Of a DNA stretch of 54,366 nucleotides, positions 1 through 9,569 are shown in pieces. Numbering within the stretch: position 1 is the first letter of the stretch; the number at the start of each line of letters is the position of its first letter. Source of the DNA: a virus (Duplodnaviria > Caudoviricetes). The stretch spans positions 1 through 54,366 of the IMG/VR virus record IMGVR_UViG_3300009509_000539; one strand, given 5' to 3'. The notes beneath the pieces were generated by a model. That model did no database searches. It was not told the origin of the DNA and saw only the letters and a program-made list of their open reading frames with translations. A program made the position numbers and the translations under genes.

Positions 1-1
1 A

Positions 2-112
2 TCCGACATCATTCCCCTTGAAGATGCAGTAAGACGAGCTACAAAAAATGCCGAGGATATGGGAGATGTCGTTTTGATATGGGATGGTTTTTCTTTTGAG
101 GTGGCAGAATGA
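2..112 (+). CDS. 3' end of a hypothetical protein (partial)
   Basis: Open frame from the window edge (SDIIPLEDAVRRATKNAEDMGDVVLIWDGFSFEVAE*); its TGA overlaps the next ATG (ATGA). Confidence 0.5.
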   Translation, partial: SDIIPLEDAVRRATKNAEDMGDVVLIWDGFSFEVAE

Positions 113-609
113 CTTTGTACTATAAACGACCAAAAGGAAAGAAGCTCAAGCCGCTTGAATGTGACTCCGTAGTAGAAGCTATTGCAGCTTTAAAAGTTCT
201 CGGTGTCAAGACTGATGGTATTGAGTTCTTTACCGAGAAGCAAGCTAAGGAATATCAGGATGCTGCTAAAGAAACACCACCCGAAGAGTTGTTCAAAGCA
301 TTAGCACCGGCTGCAAAGAAGATCTGCCAAGCTCTAGGAATGAATCCCGAGAGTATCTCAAAGGAGTTTATAGGGCAATACGGTTTGAATGAAGACACAG
401 ACAAACCATACTACATTTATTGCTACTGGAACAGTGATGCAAATGGGAGTTTTACGGATGAAGATGGCATAAAAGGTACTGTTATCGAGAAGATTAACTC
501 CTATTGTGATGAGTCTTTTGATTATACCATCTACAAACTTCCGGAGTGTGAGCAGGTAGATGTTGAGGTTGATGTAAAGATTAAGATTGATGATGGAGAG
601 TGGATATGA
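109..609 (+). CDS. hypothetical protein
   Basis: 166-aa ORF with a GAGGTGG RBS-like site; coupled to both neighbours. Confidence 0.7.
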   Translation: MTLYYKRPKGKKLKPLECDSVVEAIAALKVLGVKTDGIEFFTEKQAKEYQDAAKETPPEELFKALAPAAKKICQALGMNPESISKEFIGQYGLNEDTDKPYYIYCYWNSDANGSFTDEDGIKGTVIEKINSYCDESFDYTIYKLPECEQVDVEVDVKIKIDDGEWI

Positions 610-1313
610 ACATAATTGGAATCTCCGGGCTAGCCGGTTCAGGTAAAGATACAGTAGCTGATTGGATACTGGAACAGGATGGTTTTATCAAGGTCTCTTT
701 AGCTGATCCTATCAAGCGATTCGCTATGGATTTGTGGGACTTTAGCTATGAACAGCTCTGGGGTGAGTCCAAACATCGTAACGCCCCAGACTATAGGTAT
801 AGAGTTCGCTCTTCGGATTTAGAGGGAGCTGATGTAGATCCTGATGTGTTCCTTACCCCGCGTCATGTTCTTCAGCATATTGGTACCGAGGGGTGCCGGG
901 TTCTTGATCATGATGTCTGGATTCGCTATGCAATTCGTATAGCCACGAAGTTGCTTGAGGCAAAACCTCGGGAGTATTGTTACTCCCAGTCGGGTGGGCT
1001 AGAACCTTACGTTTCTTGTTACCCGCAAGGTGAGTTTGAGACTCTAGAGGATTTTCCTGAGAAGGTCAAGGCCGTTATCATTCCTGATGTTCGATTCAAG
1101 AACGAAGTGGAACAGATTCAAGAAGCCGGTGGAAAGCTAGTGCGTGTTGTACGTCCAGGTGCTGGTCTTGAGGGCAACTTTGCTTTGCACCAGAGTGAAG
1201 CAGAGATGGCTAGCATTCCTGACAGAGATTTTGATGTAGTCATACGGAATACAGGAACGTTGGAAGACCTAAAGCGAGACGTTGAGGATTTCGTCGCGAC
1301 TTTGAAATCATAG
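606..1313 (+). CDS. deoxynucleoside monophosphate kinase (T4 gp1-like)
   Basis: N-terminal IIGISGLAGSGKDT P-loop; SLADPIK, TPRHVLQHIGTE, IPDVRFKNE and HQSE motifs typical of phage dNMP kinases. Confidence 0.9.
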   Translation: MNIIGISGLAGSGKDTVADWILEQDGFIKVSLADPIKRFAMDLWDFSYEQLWGESKHRNAPDYRYRVRSSDLEGADVDPDVFLTPRHVLQHIGTEGCRVLDHDVWIRYAIRIATKLLEAKPREYCYSQSGGLEPYVSCYPQGEFETLEDFPEKVKAVIIPDVRFKNEVEQIQEAGGKLVRVVRPGAGLEGNFALHQSEAEMASIPDRDFDVVIRNTGTLEDLKRDVEDFVATLKS

Positions 1314-1327
1314 GCATTGGTGGGTAT

Positions 1328-1355
1328 TCAATTGGAGAGTAAGCTTTCCAATTGA
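1328..1355 (+). promoter_or_regulatory. intergenic 12-bp stem-loop
   Basis: TCAATTGGAGAG-taag-CTTTCCAATTGA (one G:U pair), just upstream of ATG 1362. Confidence 0.45.
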
Positions 1356-1361
1356 TGCCCT

Positions 1362-1664
1362 ATGAGAGTATCGACACGTATTCGAGACGAGTACGAAACG
1401 CTGCTCAAGGACGTTGGGGAAAGACGTTTTTATAGTCACGTCATTGGGACTGGCGTTTTAGCTCGCAGACATTTTGAGTATCCGGAGAATATGATACTTG
1501 ATCAGTCGGAAGCTTTCTTCGCTCTGTTCAGGAGCACAGGCAACCGAAACTTCTTCAATATCGGCCGGATTCTTAGGAGAGCTGCGCATAAGCTCTATTG
1601 GCAAAGTCGAAAGACGAATCCCCACTATCCACTGAATGCTCGGTTCCTCCGCTTGGTAAGATGA
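1362..1664 (+). CDS. hypothetical protein
   Basis: 100-aa basic ORF filling the intergenic space. Confidence 0.6.
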   Translation: MRVSTRIRDEYETLLKDVGERRFYSHVIGTGVLARRHFEYPENMILDQSEAFFALFRSTGNRNFFNIGRILRRAAHKLYWQSRKTNPHYPLNARFLRLVR

Positions 1665-1673
1665 TGTTCTGGG

Positions 1674-1687
1674 TATAGTAAAGCATA
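1674..1687 (+). promoter_or_regulatory. candidate late promoter motif (TATA-gtaaa-GCATA)
   Basis: Matches the xATA-N5-GCAT motif recurring upstream of structural genes. Confidence 0.4.
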
Positions 1688-1693
1688 GATCGT

Positions 1694-2677
1694 ATGGTAA
1701 CTATTACGATTTCTGAGTCTCCGCTACAATTAGTGGATGGAATTCCATCCTATGTAACGCTGACTGCAAGCATCCCTGCCACCATTTTCTATACCTTAGA
1801 TGGGTCGGAACCCACAGTAGCATCCCTGGTTGCTGTTGGTCCTATTAGCATGCCAACAGATACAGCTCATGTTGTGCTCAGTGCATTTGCTACTGATGGT
1901 ATTGAGACGAGTCCAATTGTCACGCAAGAGTATGCTACCAACGTGGTGTCCGCTCGCCATCCACATGATAAAGTTTCAGTAGATTGTGATACCTGCGATA
2001 AGGCCACGTATCCATTTGGAAGTCCCGCCGCAGCTTTCAATGTACCGCATCGTTTTGGTAACACTGGTGGCGTGATTTATGATGATGGCCAAGCTCCTCG
2101 TGTTGCTGGAGCATATGACGGTGCCGATGGCTATGCGGATTATTACACACCGCCAGCATCTCAGTATCAATTTGAATTCTCTGAAACGAATGCAATCGGC
2201 GAGCGAGGTCGCGGCATTGGCACCCTGCCCGCGCGTGTCCTTTCTGTTAAACCCAGAAACGATAACGAACAGGAACAGTCATCGAATGCAGCCGGACCGT
2301 TGTTCGATCCAAGAGCGCTGGTCATTTTTCAGGATTCGAGAGAAGAACAGTACGACCCTGATATTCCGAAAATCAATCGGGCGTATTTCGATTTGGAAGA
2401 CCAGGCTAAGGCAAGGGATGGCAGGTTGCTAACTGTTACTGATGCAATCACGCCACAGGGTGGATTCCTTAAAGCTCATTACAATCCTACGGATAATTCT
2501 CTGACGTATTACTACTATGACAATCGTGTTGCTCGATGGATCATCTCCAAGGAACCGTACTACCCATCTCAGAATCCAACTATCAATCTAGCTGGCATGG
2601 TTACAAGGTCGAGCCGCGGACAAGGTGTGGGTATGATTTTCAAGTGGATACCGTTTAAGTACAGGCGGCTTGTCTAA
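1694..2677 (+). CDS. putative virion-associated protein with N-terminal chitobiase/Fn3-associated-like Ig domain
   Basis: ATIFYTLDGSEPT motif typical of CHB_HEX_C/Fn3-associated domains; beta-rich composition. Confidence 0.55.
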   Translation: MVTITISESPLQLVDGIPSYVTLTASIPATIFYTLDGSEPTVASLVAVGPISMPTDTAHVVLSAFATDGIETSPIVTQEYATNVVSARHPHDKVSVDCDTCDKATYPFGSPAAAFNVPHRFGNTGGVIYDDGQAPRVAGAYDGADGYADYYTPPASQYQFEFSETNAIGERGRGIGTLPARVLSVKPRNDNEQEQSSNAAGPLFDPRALVIFQDSREEQYDPDIPKINRAYFDLEDQAKARDGRLLTVTDAITPQGGFLKAHYNPTDNSLTYYYYDNRVARWIISKEPYYPSQNPTINLAGMVTRSSRGQGVGMIFKWIPFKYRRLV

Positions 2678-2687
2678 GGATTAAAGA

Positions 2688-3530
2688 ATGATAATTCAAG
2701 CAACACTCTTGCCTAAGAAGGACGAGAGTAATGTTGATATGACGCTTTCGGTCAGTCGAGCTAAGATGTTTGATGATTGTAAAGCGAAGTTTAAGTTTCG
2801 CTACATCGACAGACTCCCTCGTATCGATCGTGATTTTCTTATCTTTGGAAAGTATCTTCATCAAGTTTTGGAGAACTTCCATCGTGAATTGATTGAAAAA
2901 CCTGAGAGAAAAAATGACTGGCATAATGTCTTGAAGGAATCTTTGAACGCTGCATATAATGAGTATAGTGGTAGTCTCACTGGTTTACAGTGTAAAGAAG
3001 CTCAAGACATAATTGATGAATATGCCGAACTCCTAGAAGAAGATGGTTTACCCGATGTGATTGGTGTCGAGAAACCTTTCTACATCAACTTGAACAATAA
3101 GGTATTGTTAAATGGATTTATCGATCGAGTCCAAATAGACTCTGATGGGATTCTTCATGTGGCAGATTACAAGACTACCAAGGATCCGAAGTATCTTCAG
3201 GATTTTTTTCAGTTAATGACATATTGTTATGCGCTGTGTCTTGAGGACGAGTCGCTCAAGCGGGTCAGAGCTTCTTTCATTTTGTTACGTCATAGTTTCG
3301 ATAGTCTTACGCAAGAATTTACCAGACAGGAAGTTATCTCAGTGGCCGAGAAGTTCTTGCGGTATGCGTATAACATCGAAGAGGAAAAACTCTGGAGACC
3401 AAATCCTCAATTCCTTTGTAAGTACTGTGATTATGTCGAGTATTGCAGAGAGGGTAAGAACTTCTTGGTTAAGAAGGGTCACCTCAAAGATAAACCCAGA
3501 AAGCCATTTGTCGGAATAAGGAAGTGGTAA
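2688..3530 (+). CDS. PD-(D/E)XK exonuclease (RecB/Cas4-like)
   Basis: LSVSR..FDDC, FGKYLHQVLE, VEKPF, GFIDRV, VADYKT, QLMTY and C-terminal CKYCDYVEYC. The start may be the later ATG (MTLSVS). Confidence 0.85.
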   Translation: MIIQATLLPKKDESNVDMTLSVSRAKMFDDCKAKFKFRYIDRLPRIDRDFLIFGKYLHQVLENFHRELIEKPERKNDWHNVLKESLNAAYNEYSGSLTGLQCKEAQDIIDEYAELLEEDGLPDVIGVEKPFYINLNNKVLLNGFIDRVQIDSDGILHVADYKTTKDPKYLQDFFQLMTYCYALCLEDESLKRVRASFILLRHSFDSLTQEFTRQEVISVAEKFLRYAYNIEEEKLWRPNPQFLCKYCDYVEYCREGKNFLVKKGHLKDKPRKPFVGIRKW

Positions 3531-3531
3531 T

Positions 3532-4854
3532 ATGCAAACCGATAAGGTTCGTGGACAAACAGAACATGTAGCTTTCCTAGATGACGCTCAGGATATCGAG
3601 TATCCCATTGTCAAGGTGGAAGAGCCAGAATATTGTAAGCTCAAGGTTCATTATGAAGCAGATCCGGAAGTTGTAAAAGGCAAGATAGATGAAGCTGTCG
3701 CAACTTTGCGCAAAGCAAGAGTGCCCGGCTTTCGGCCGGGCAAAGCTCCTGATTATGCCATTAAGGCAAGGCTTCGTCCGCAGATCAACAATTACATTGC
3801 CCGAGAGATGGCTACTCACGCTATCGATGATATCGTGTTCGAAACAGATATGAAGCCGATAGGTTTACCCAGGTTCAGCAATATCTCTGTCAAGAACAAC
3901 AAGTTCAAGTGTGATATCGAACTAAATAGAAAACCAGACTTAGAACTGGGTAATTTCAAATTCGAGATCCCGAAGCCGAGAATCGAAACCGATGCAGAGG
4001 CCCTGGCGGAAAAATCACTTTTCAATTTGCGTCTTCGTGTTGGTGAGAGCGAGCCCTATGAAGAAGATGATGTTGTTGAGTTAGGCGATCAAATTACATT
4101 TTCATTCTACGCTACAGTGGAGATGGATGGAAAGGATGAGCCTTTCGAAGGAAGTGTTGTAGAGGGCGAGCTATATAGTGTTGGTTCAAATCGTTGGGGA
4201 GGATTTGATGATAAGCTTCTTGGTATGAAAGCGGATGAGACAAGAGAATTCAAGTTGACATTTGAGACTGGGCCCCAAGAGCTTCTTGGTAAGACGGCCC
4301 ACTTCACTGTGACAGTTCATATGGGTACGAAGCGAAAGCCACATCCCATCAATGAAGAGTTCTACAAGCTGGTGGGCGTGGAGAATATTGAAGAGTTGAT
4401 GGGTAAATTACGCACCATTTCTAAAGCTTCAATAGATAGAAACGAGAAGGAAACGATTCGTTCCCAGGTGGCTATCAAGCTAGTCGAAAGTCACAAGTTT
4501 GATATTCCGCAATTCATGATTGAAGATGAGGCTAAATCTATTGCTGCAAAACATGGTGTTGATTATAATAGTCTCTTTTCCGAGGAAGAAAAGAAAACGT
4601 TCCTAGAGATGGGCGAAAAGAACGTTCGCTTAACTTTGATTCTGGATTCTATCCGAGATAGTGAGCCAGATTCTGTGTTAAATGATACTGAAGCTCAAAA
4701 TCATTTAGCACAACATTTGGCAGCCCAAGGGCAGGATCCTAAAGCTTTGTTTGAGAACAAGGCTTTCCAACCACAGATGGTGGAATTGATAGCTAATATC
4801 AAGGAAGAATTCACTTTGCAATGGGTGGCCGATCAGGCAACACTCATAGAATAG
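3532..4854 (+). CDS. tig: trigger factor (ribosome-associated chaperone)
   Basis: VPGFRPGKAP ribosome-binding signature, FKBP-like middle domain (GFDDKLLGMKADETREF), helical C-domain, 440 aa. Confidence 0.9.
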   Translation: MQTDKVRGQTEHVAFLDDAQDIEYPIVKVEEPEYCKLKVHYEADPEVVKGKIDEAVATLRKARVPGFRPGKAPDYAIKARLRPQINNYIAREMATHAIDDIVFETDMKPIGLPRFSNISVKNNKFKCDIELNRKPDLELGNFKFEIPKPRIETDAEALAEKSLFNLRLRVGESEPYEEDDVVELGDQITFSFYATVEMDGKDEPFEGSVVEGELYSVGSNRWGGFDDKLLGMKADETREFKLTFETGPQELLGKTAHFTVTVHMGTKRKPHPINEEFYKLVGVENIEELMGKLRTISKASIDRNEKETIRSQVAIKLVESHKFDIPQFMIEDEAKSIAAKHGVDYNSLFSEEEKKTFLEMGEKNVRLTLILDSIRDSEPDSVLNDTEAQNHLAQHLAAQGQDPKALFENKAFQPQMVELIANIKEEFTLQWVADQATLIE

Positions 4855-4862
4855 AGGAAGAT

Positions 4863-5234
4863 ATGCCACGTAAGCAGAAGAAACAGAAATCATCAGCACC
4901 AGATGGTTTCCCAGAGAAATCCTGGGATAAGCTAGGTGATACCTGGAGAACAGCCGCAATGTCCAAGCAAACAGATGAGCTTGAACGGGATATTATCAAA
5001 GCGGTTCGTTGTATGTCAAACACGACATTTGAGATGAAAAAAGACCATATTCTCGAAGCTACTGCCAAGAAAGCTCGTGAGCTGAAGAAATACTATACGG
5101 ATACTATCGCAGAGGAGAAAGCAAAGCTAGATTTCTGTGTGTATCTGATGAACACCCGTGGGGTTAAGGTGTCCACTGATGATTCAGATGACACTGATAC
5201 TGACGAGGTGATGGATGAAGCGGCATCTGGTTAA
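4863..5234 (+). CDS. hypothetical protein
   Basis: ATG after AGAGGAAG RBS (MPRKQKK...); acidic tail. Confidence 0.65.
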   Translation: MPRKQKKQKSSAPDGFPEKSWDKLGDTWRTAAMSKQTDELERDIIKAVRCMSNTTFEMKKDHILEATAKKARELKKYYTDTIAEEKAKLDFCVYLMNTRGVKVSTDDSDDTDTDEVMDEAASG

Positions 5235-5520
5235 AGGATGTGGTTGTAGTGGAAAGGGGTACGTCTTCGAATTGGACGGCCCCATTTCCAAACGTGCATT
5301 ACCTGTATTTAAACAGGCTGGTTTCAAGACATCCGACATGTATACTAAGGTTGGTGTCTTCTTTGTAGAGAAGAATGGATTAACCGCTAGCGGGCCGTTT
5401 GGTGGCAGTAAAATGCAAGTGCGTTGTGGTGGGGCTGCGAATTGTCATCAATTGCTGGACCATCTTGAAAATACCTTCAAGATAGCAACGGCTTTACCGG
5501 CCCAGGAACCCGGCAAATGA
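5215..5520 (+). CDS. hypothetical protein
   Basis: 101-aa ORF with GCGC motif, overlapping both neighbours. Confidence 0.6.
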   Translation: MKRHLVKGCGCSGKGYVFELDGPISKRALPVFKQAGFKTSDMYTKVGVFFVEKNGLTASGPFGGSKMQVRCGGAANCHQLLDHLENTFKIATALPAQEPGK

Positions 5521-5921
5521 AGATTAGTTTATATTTAGATGACCTTCTCGAAGACTTAGAGGAGTTTAGACCCGGAAGTCTTAGCGATATCTGTCGTTTT
5601 GTTAAAGGATATGAGCATTACAAACCGATCATTATGCTAGCTAGTAACTCGGATCGATCATCTTTGTATTTGTATGGTTTGGGTATTTGCTTGATACAGG
5701 GTGTATGTTCGAGATCTGACTGGGACATAGCAGATGTTCAGTTAGCGGCTGTGTTAGTTTTAATTGGCGAGACTTATGGTTCTCACCATGTCGATCGGTA
5801 CGACAAGTTGTTGTCGAGCGCCTCGTTGGAGTCGGGTAGGTATCATTGGTCGCGAGCTATGGCGGCCAGCTATCTGCTTCACAGAGAGGTGACTAGTGAG
5901 AGATTATGTCAGTCTGCATAA
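5517..5921 (+). CDS. hypothetical protein
   Basis: 134-aa ORF, ATGA-coupled to the previous gene. Confidence 0.5.
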   Translation: MKISLYLDDLLEDLEEFRPGSLSDICRFVKGYEHYKPIIMLASNSDRSSLYLYGLGICLIQGVCSRSDWDIADVQLAAVLVLIGETYGSHHVDRYDKLLSSASLESGRYHWSRAMAASYLLHREVTSERLCQSA

Positions 5922-8643
5922 CCACACGATAGGTTCCATTGGCGATAGTATCATTTCGCCGAGAGAGATAATCCAAGCTACTAAGGAGGCGGGCCAGTCG
6001 GCTGTAGCTGTTACTGACCATGGTTCGTTTTCTAGGCTTTGGGAAACCTACAAAGTGGCAAAGAAAGCCGGCATCAAGTTAATTGCCGGTTGTGAATGCT
6101 ATTTTGTTGATGATGCAGATGATGAGGATGACGTTGCCTTTCGACATTTGGTTCTGTTAGCGAAGAATCAAAAAGGATATCAAAATCTTCTAACTCTCAA
6201 TAAGCGGGGATTTGACAAACAAGCTGTTGCTTTTAAGCGGGCAGTTCCACGCATCGATTGGAAGATGCTTGAAGAGTTCCATGAGGGTCTGATTTGTACA
6301 TCAGCTTGTGGTAATGGGCTGGTTGCACAATATATAATGCGTGACCAGCTGGAGGAAGCGAAGGAAGCTGCGCTTCGTTTACAAGGAATCTTTGGTGACG
6401 ATTTTTGTTTAGAGCTACAGCCGCATAATCTCCAGCGCCGTGCTTCTGGTTATTCTGGTCCAGTGAACCAGCAGAAGATCAATATGGCGCTGAAGAAGAT
6501 TGGGCAGGAAACTAGTATTCGCTGTATCGTGGCGACGGATGCTCATTACGTCAAGAAAGAGCATCACAAGGGTCATGATGTCTATTTATGTATCGCTTCT
6601 AGCCAGCCTATCAATTCTGGCTCTCGTTTGCGGTACGACAAACATGAATTCTACGTCAAAAATGCAGATGAAGTGTATGGATATTTCACTCGTCATATGA
6701 AAATGTGGGGCGAAGAATTCATAGAATCGCTGTTTGAGAACGCTGTGTACTATGCCAATCAGTGTGAGATGGCTGATTGGATTAATCCAGAGGTAAGTAC
6801 AGGCGAAAAATCCCAGCTCCCTGAGTTTCCGTACAAGGATGAGCCGGATTATGAGGAGTTTCAGTGGTGGCAGAGTAGTAAAAGTGAGTACGACATCAAA
6901 GAATTCAAGAAATCTGACATTCCAGAGGATGCTCAGTTCTATCGATACCGTACTGAGAGGGGTTTGGTCCAGAAGATTGACCAGAATAAAATACCGGTTG
7001 CCGATCTTAACGAGTGTATCCAGCAATCATTGGAGGAATTCGATGTTTTTGAGTATCGTGGGTTCTCATCCTATATGCTTATCACTGCTGACTTCCTCAA
7101 TTGGTGCAGGAGAAACAGCATTGCGATTGGACCTGGCCGTGGATCTGTTGGTGGTAGCCTTACCGCGTATGCAAATGGTATCCATCAAGCCTATCCAAAG
7201 CGATATCAGTTGATTTTTGCTCGCTTCCTTAATAAATACAAAGAAGCTTATCCTGATATCGATAATGACATTGCACCTTCTGGCCGTAATAAGCTACATG
7301 ACTACTTGCGCAGTAAGTATGGTGAGGAGAATGTGGCTCACGTTTCGAATATCAACACTATTACACCGAAGGTTTACGCTCGGGATATCGCACGTATATT
7401 CGAATTTGGGGAAAATGGCCGTAGCGCTGCCGCAGAAATCGGTAATAATATCGCTGATTCTATTCCAGATGATATAAAGACTGTTAAAAAAGCCCTATCT
7501 GATGCTCCTCTGTTCGCTGAATATGCCAAACAGTATCCAGAATTAGCGGAGTTTGCTGAATTGTTGTGTGGAAAGCCAAGAGCTTGGTCTACACATGCTG
7601 GTGGTATCGTTATTTCAAAGCGCCCGTTGGAGGGATTGGTTCCACTGCGCCGTGATACTTCTGGTGCTCTAGTGCTGGAGTACGATAAAGAGCTAGCAGA
7701 AGAAAATGGCCTGGTTAAAATCGATACATTAGGCTTGGAGACTTTGGATATCATCGGCGAAACATATAATCTCGTCAGAGAATCTGGCAAAGAAGTGCCA
7801 CAAGAACCCTTTGATTATGAGATAACTGATGATAAATCATACCAACTCATTGGTGAAGGTGATACTTTTGGTGTTTTCCAGCTAGGATCTACTGCGGTTC
7901 CTGTTTGCAAGAAAGTCAAACCGAGGACCGTAGCGGATATTGCATTGGTTTCTGCTCTAGTGCGCCCCGCGGCAAAGGATACCATTCCCGATCTGCTCAA
8001 GGTTAGGAATGGTGAAGAAGAAATGACACTAATGCATCCCACTTTGCATCGCGCATTTGCGGGAACATATGGTTATGGTTTGTATGAAGAGAGTTTGATG
8101 TACCTTGCGCAGGACGTTGCTGGCTGGGATCTGCACGATGCAGACAAGTTGCGCAAGCTTACCAAGGAGAAAGGTAAGAATCCGGAGAAAGTGAAGCAGT
8201 GGAGAGGTGAGTTTATCGAGGGTGCGGTCAAGAACAAGTCCCTTTCCGAAGAGACAGCAACGAAAATCTGGGATGAGACAATAGCACAGTTCGGCGGTTA
8301 CGGGTTTAACAGGAGTTTGTACTTTTCTGAATCGGTTGATATATTCACTTCAGAAGGAGAGTTCATAGCCTCAAAGCCAATCCAAGATGTTCAGCCTGGA
8401 GAATTCGTTCGGTCAAGAGATGAAGATACGGGCGAGGATATTTACATCGAGGTGATTGGCAAACACGATCATGGAGAGTTGGAGGTGGTTGAGGTAGAGC
8501 TTGAAACTGGAGAAAAGGTACGATGCACAATGAATCACAAATTCAGGACAGTAGAAACAGGAGAGATGTTACCATTACATCAGATTCTCAAGGACGGACT
8601 GTCTATTGTTGTAAGCGATGTCACAAAAACTTCTGGGATCTGA
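5896..8643 (+). CDS. dnaE: DNA polymerase III alpha subunit, N-terminal part, fused to split-intein N-half
   Basis: PHP domain (LHNHT, AVTDHG, TDAHY), GPGRGSVGGSL, catalytic PDIDND, STHAGG and KIDTLGL motifs; ends ...GYGFNR followed by intein sequence. Confidence 0.95.
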   Translation: MRDYVSLHNHTIGSIGDSIISPREIIQATKEAGQSAVAVTDHGSFSRLWETYKVAKKAGIKLIAGCECYFVDDADDEDDVAFRHLVLLAKNQKGYQNLLTLNKRGFDKQAVAFKRAVPRIDWKMLEEFHEGLICTSACGNGLVAQYIMRDQLEEAKEAALRLQGIFGDDFCLELQPHNLQRRASGYSGPVNQQKINMALKKIGQETSIRCIVATDAHYVKKEHHKGHDVYLCIASSQPINSGSRLRYDKHEFYVKNADEVYGYFTRHMKMWGEEFIESLFENAVYYANQCEMADWINPEVSTGEKSQLPEFPYKDEPDYEEFQWWQSSKSEYDIKEFKKSDIPEDAQFYRYRTERGLVQKIDQNKIPVADLNECIQQSLEEFDVFEYRGFSSYMLITADFLNWCRRNSIAIGPGRGSVGGSLTAYANGIHQAYPKRYQLIFARFLNKYKEAYPDIDNDIAPSGRNKLHDYLRSKYGEENVAHVSNINTITPKVYARDIARIFEFGENGRSAAAEIGNNIADSIPDDIKTVKKALSDAPLFAEYAKQYPELAEFAELLCGKPRAWSTHAGGIVISKRPLEGLVPLRRDTSGALVLEYDKELAEENGLVKIDTLGLETLDIIGETYNLVRESGKEVPQEPFDYEITDDKSYQLIGEGDTFGVFQLGSTAVPVCKKVKPRTVADIALVSALVRPAAKDTIPDLLKVRNGEEEMTLMHPTLHRAFAGTYGYGLYEESLMYLAQDVAGWDLHDADKLRKLTKEKGKNPEKVKQWRGEFIEGAVKNKSLSEETATKIWDETIAQFGGYGFNRSLYFSESVDIFTSEGEFIASKPIQDVQPGEFVRSRDEDTGEDIYIEVIGKHDHGELEVVEVELETGEKVRCTMNHKFRTVETGEMLPLHQILKDGLSIVVSDVTKTSGI
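8314..8640 (+). mobile_element. split intein N-fragment (IntN, 109 aa, starts with Ser)
   Basis: SLYFSESVDI...KPIQDVQPGEFVRS (block A) and VRCTMNHKF (block B TxxH), then a stop codon. Confidence 0.85.
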
Positions 8644-9569
8644 GCAAGGCCGAAACTCATATAATTGAGTGTAAAGCTAAGTTCGATCAGTTACCAGAAG
8701 GTATTGATTTTGTGGTTTGTAAGATATGTGGGTGGCACGCTAAGAGACTGTCTGGTCATCTACATAAAGAGCATGGGATTGATTCGTCTGAATATAATAA
8801 TCCGGTCCTTTGTGAGACTTCAAAGAAGAAGTACGAGGCAGTTGCTCAAGATAATGGTAATTGGATTGAGAAGGCCAAGGCTCGCGGAGAGGATCTTGCA
8901 GAGTACAGAAAGAAAATGGGTAAGGCTCTTAGTGAGTCAATTATATCCAATCCAGAAGATCGAAAGCGTCGAGCGAAGGTGATGGCTGGCGTGAACAAAT
9001 CGGAAGTTATGCGCAAGAAAGCCTCCGAAACAGCTAAGAAAACATCAGCGCGAGAAGATGTACAGGAGAAACGGGCGGCGCAGTTAAAACGGTGGAGAGA
9101 CGAAAATCCAGATAAGTTTTTCAATCAATGTACAAGCAGGATGCTCAGGCCACACTGGCATAGCAAACCAGAGTCTTTGTTGTATGATGTTGTTAGTGAT
9201 AGAGATAACTACAAATTCAAACAAAATCAGGTGGTAAAGTCGAACACGTTTATTTCTAAATCGAAACGAAAACAGGTAGACATCGGAGATAAATCAAGGC
9301 GTGTGTATATTGAATATGATGGCAAACTACATTTTATTCAAACCCGATTAAACCAACTACAGAAAGTTCAGGAAAAGGATCGTCTGTTAGATGAACATAT
9401 CAAGAAACATAGTTGGGTTTTGATTAGGGTGGGATATGATCAATTTTCGTATCGTAAATCGGATTATGGTTTTAAGAAAAAATGTCTTGATAGAGTATTT
9501 GGTATTCTCGACAACCCAACACCAGGGGTTCATTATATAGGAGAGGTTTATGTTTCAAGAGATAGGTGA
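8523..9569 (+). CDS. free-standing homing endonuclease, Vsr/DUF559-like, with N-terminal zinc fingers and basic helical repeats
   Basis: CKRC..H..C and CKICG..LSGHLHKEH fingers; SKPE, VDI, IEYDGKLHF, KDRLLD, LIRV nuclease motifs; lies between the two dnaE halves. Confidence 0.8.
   Translation: MHNESQIQDSRNRRDVTITSDSQGRTVYCCKRCHKNFWDLSKAETHIIECKAKFDQLPEGIDFVVCKICGWHAKRLSGHLHKEHGIDSSEYNNPVLCETSKKKYEAVAQDNGNWIEKAKARGEDLAEYRKKMGKALSESIISNPEDRKRRAKVMAGVNKSEVMRKKASETAKKTSAREDVQEKRAAQLKRWRDENPDKFFNQCTSRMLRPHWHSKPESLLYDVVSDRDNYKFKQNQVVKSNTFISKSKRKQVDIGDKSRRVYIEYDGKLHFIQTRLNQLQKVQEKDRLLDEHIKKHSWVLIRVGYDQFSYRKSDYGFKKKCLDRVFGILDNPTPGVHYIGEVYVSRDR

Noticed and set aside
2688-3530. Cas4 as part of a CRISPR-Cas system
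   Set aside because: No repeat-spacer array or other cas genes seen; stand-alone PD-(D/E)XK nucleases are common in phage replication clusters.
8644-9549. Group I intron interrupting dnaE
   Set aside because: The flanks carry clear intein blocks A/B and F/G, the insert is fully occupied by an ORF, and the downstream half has its own RBS.
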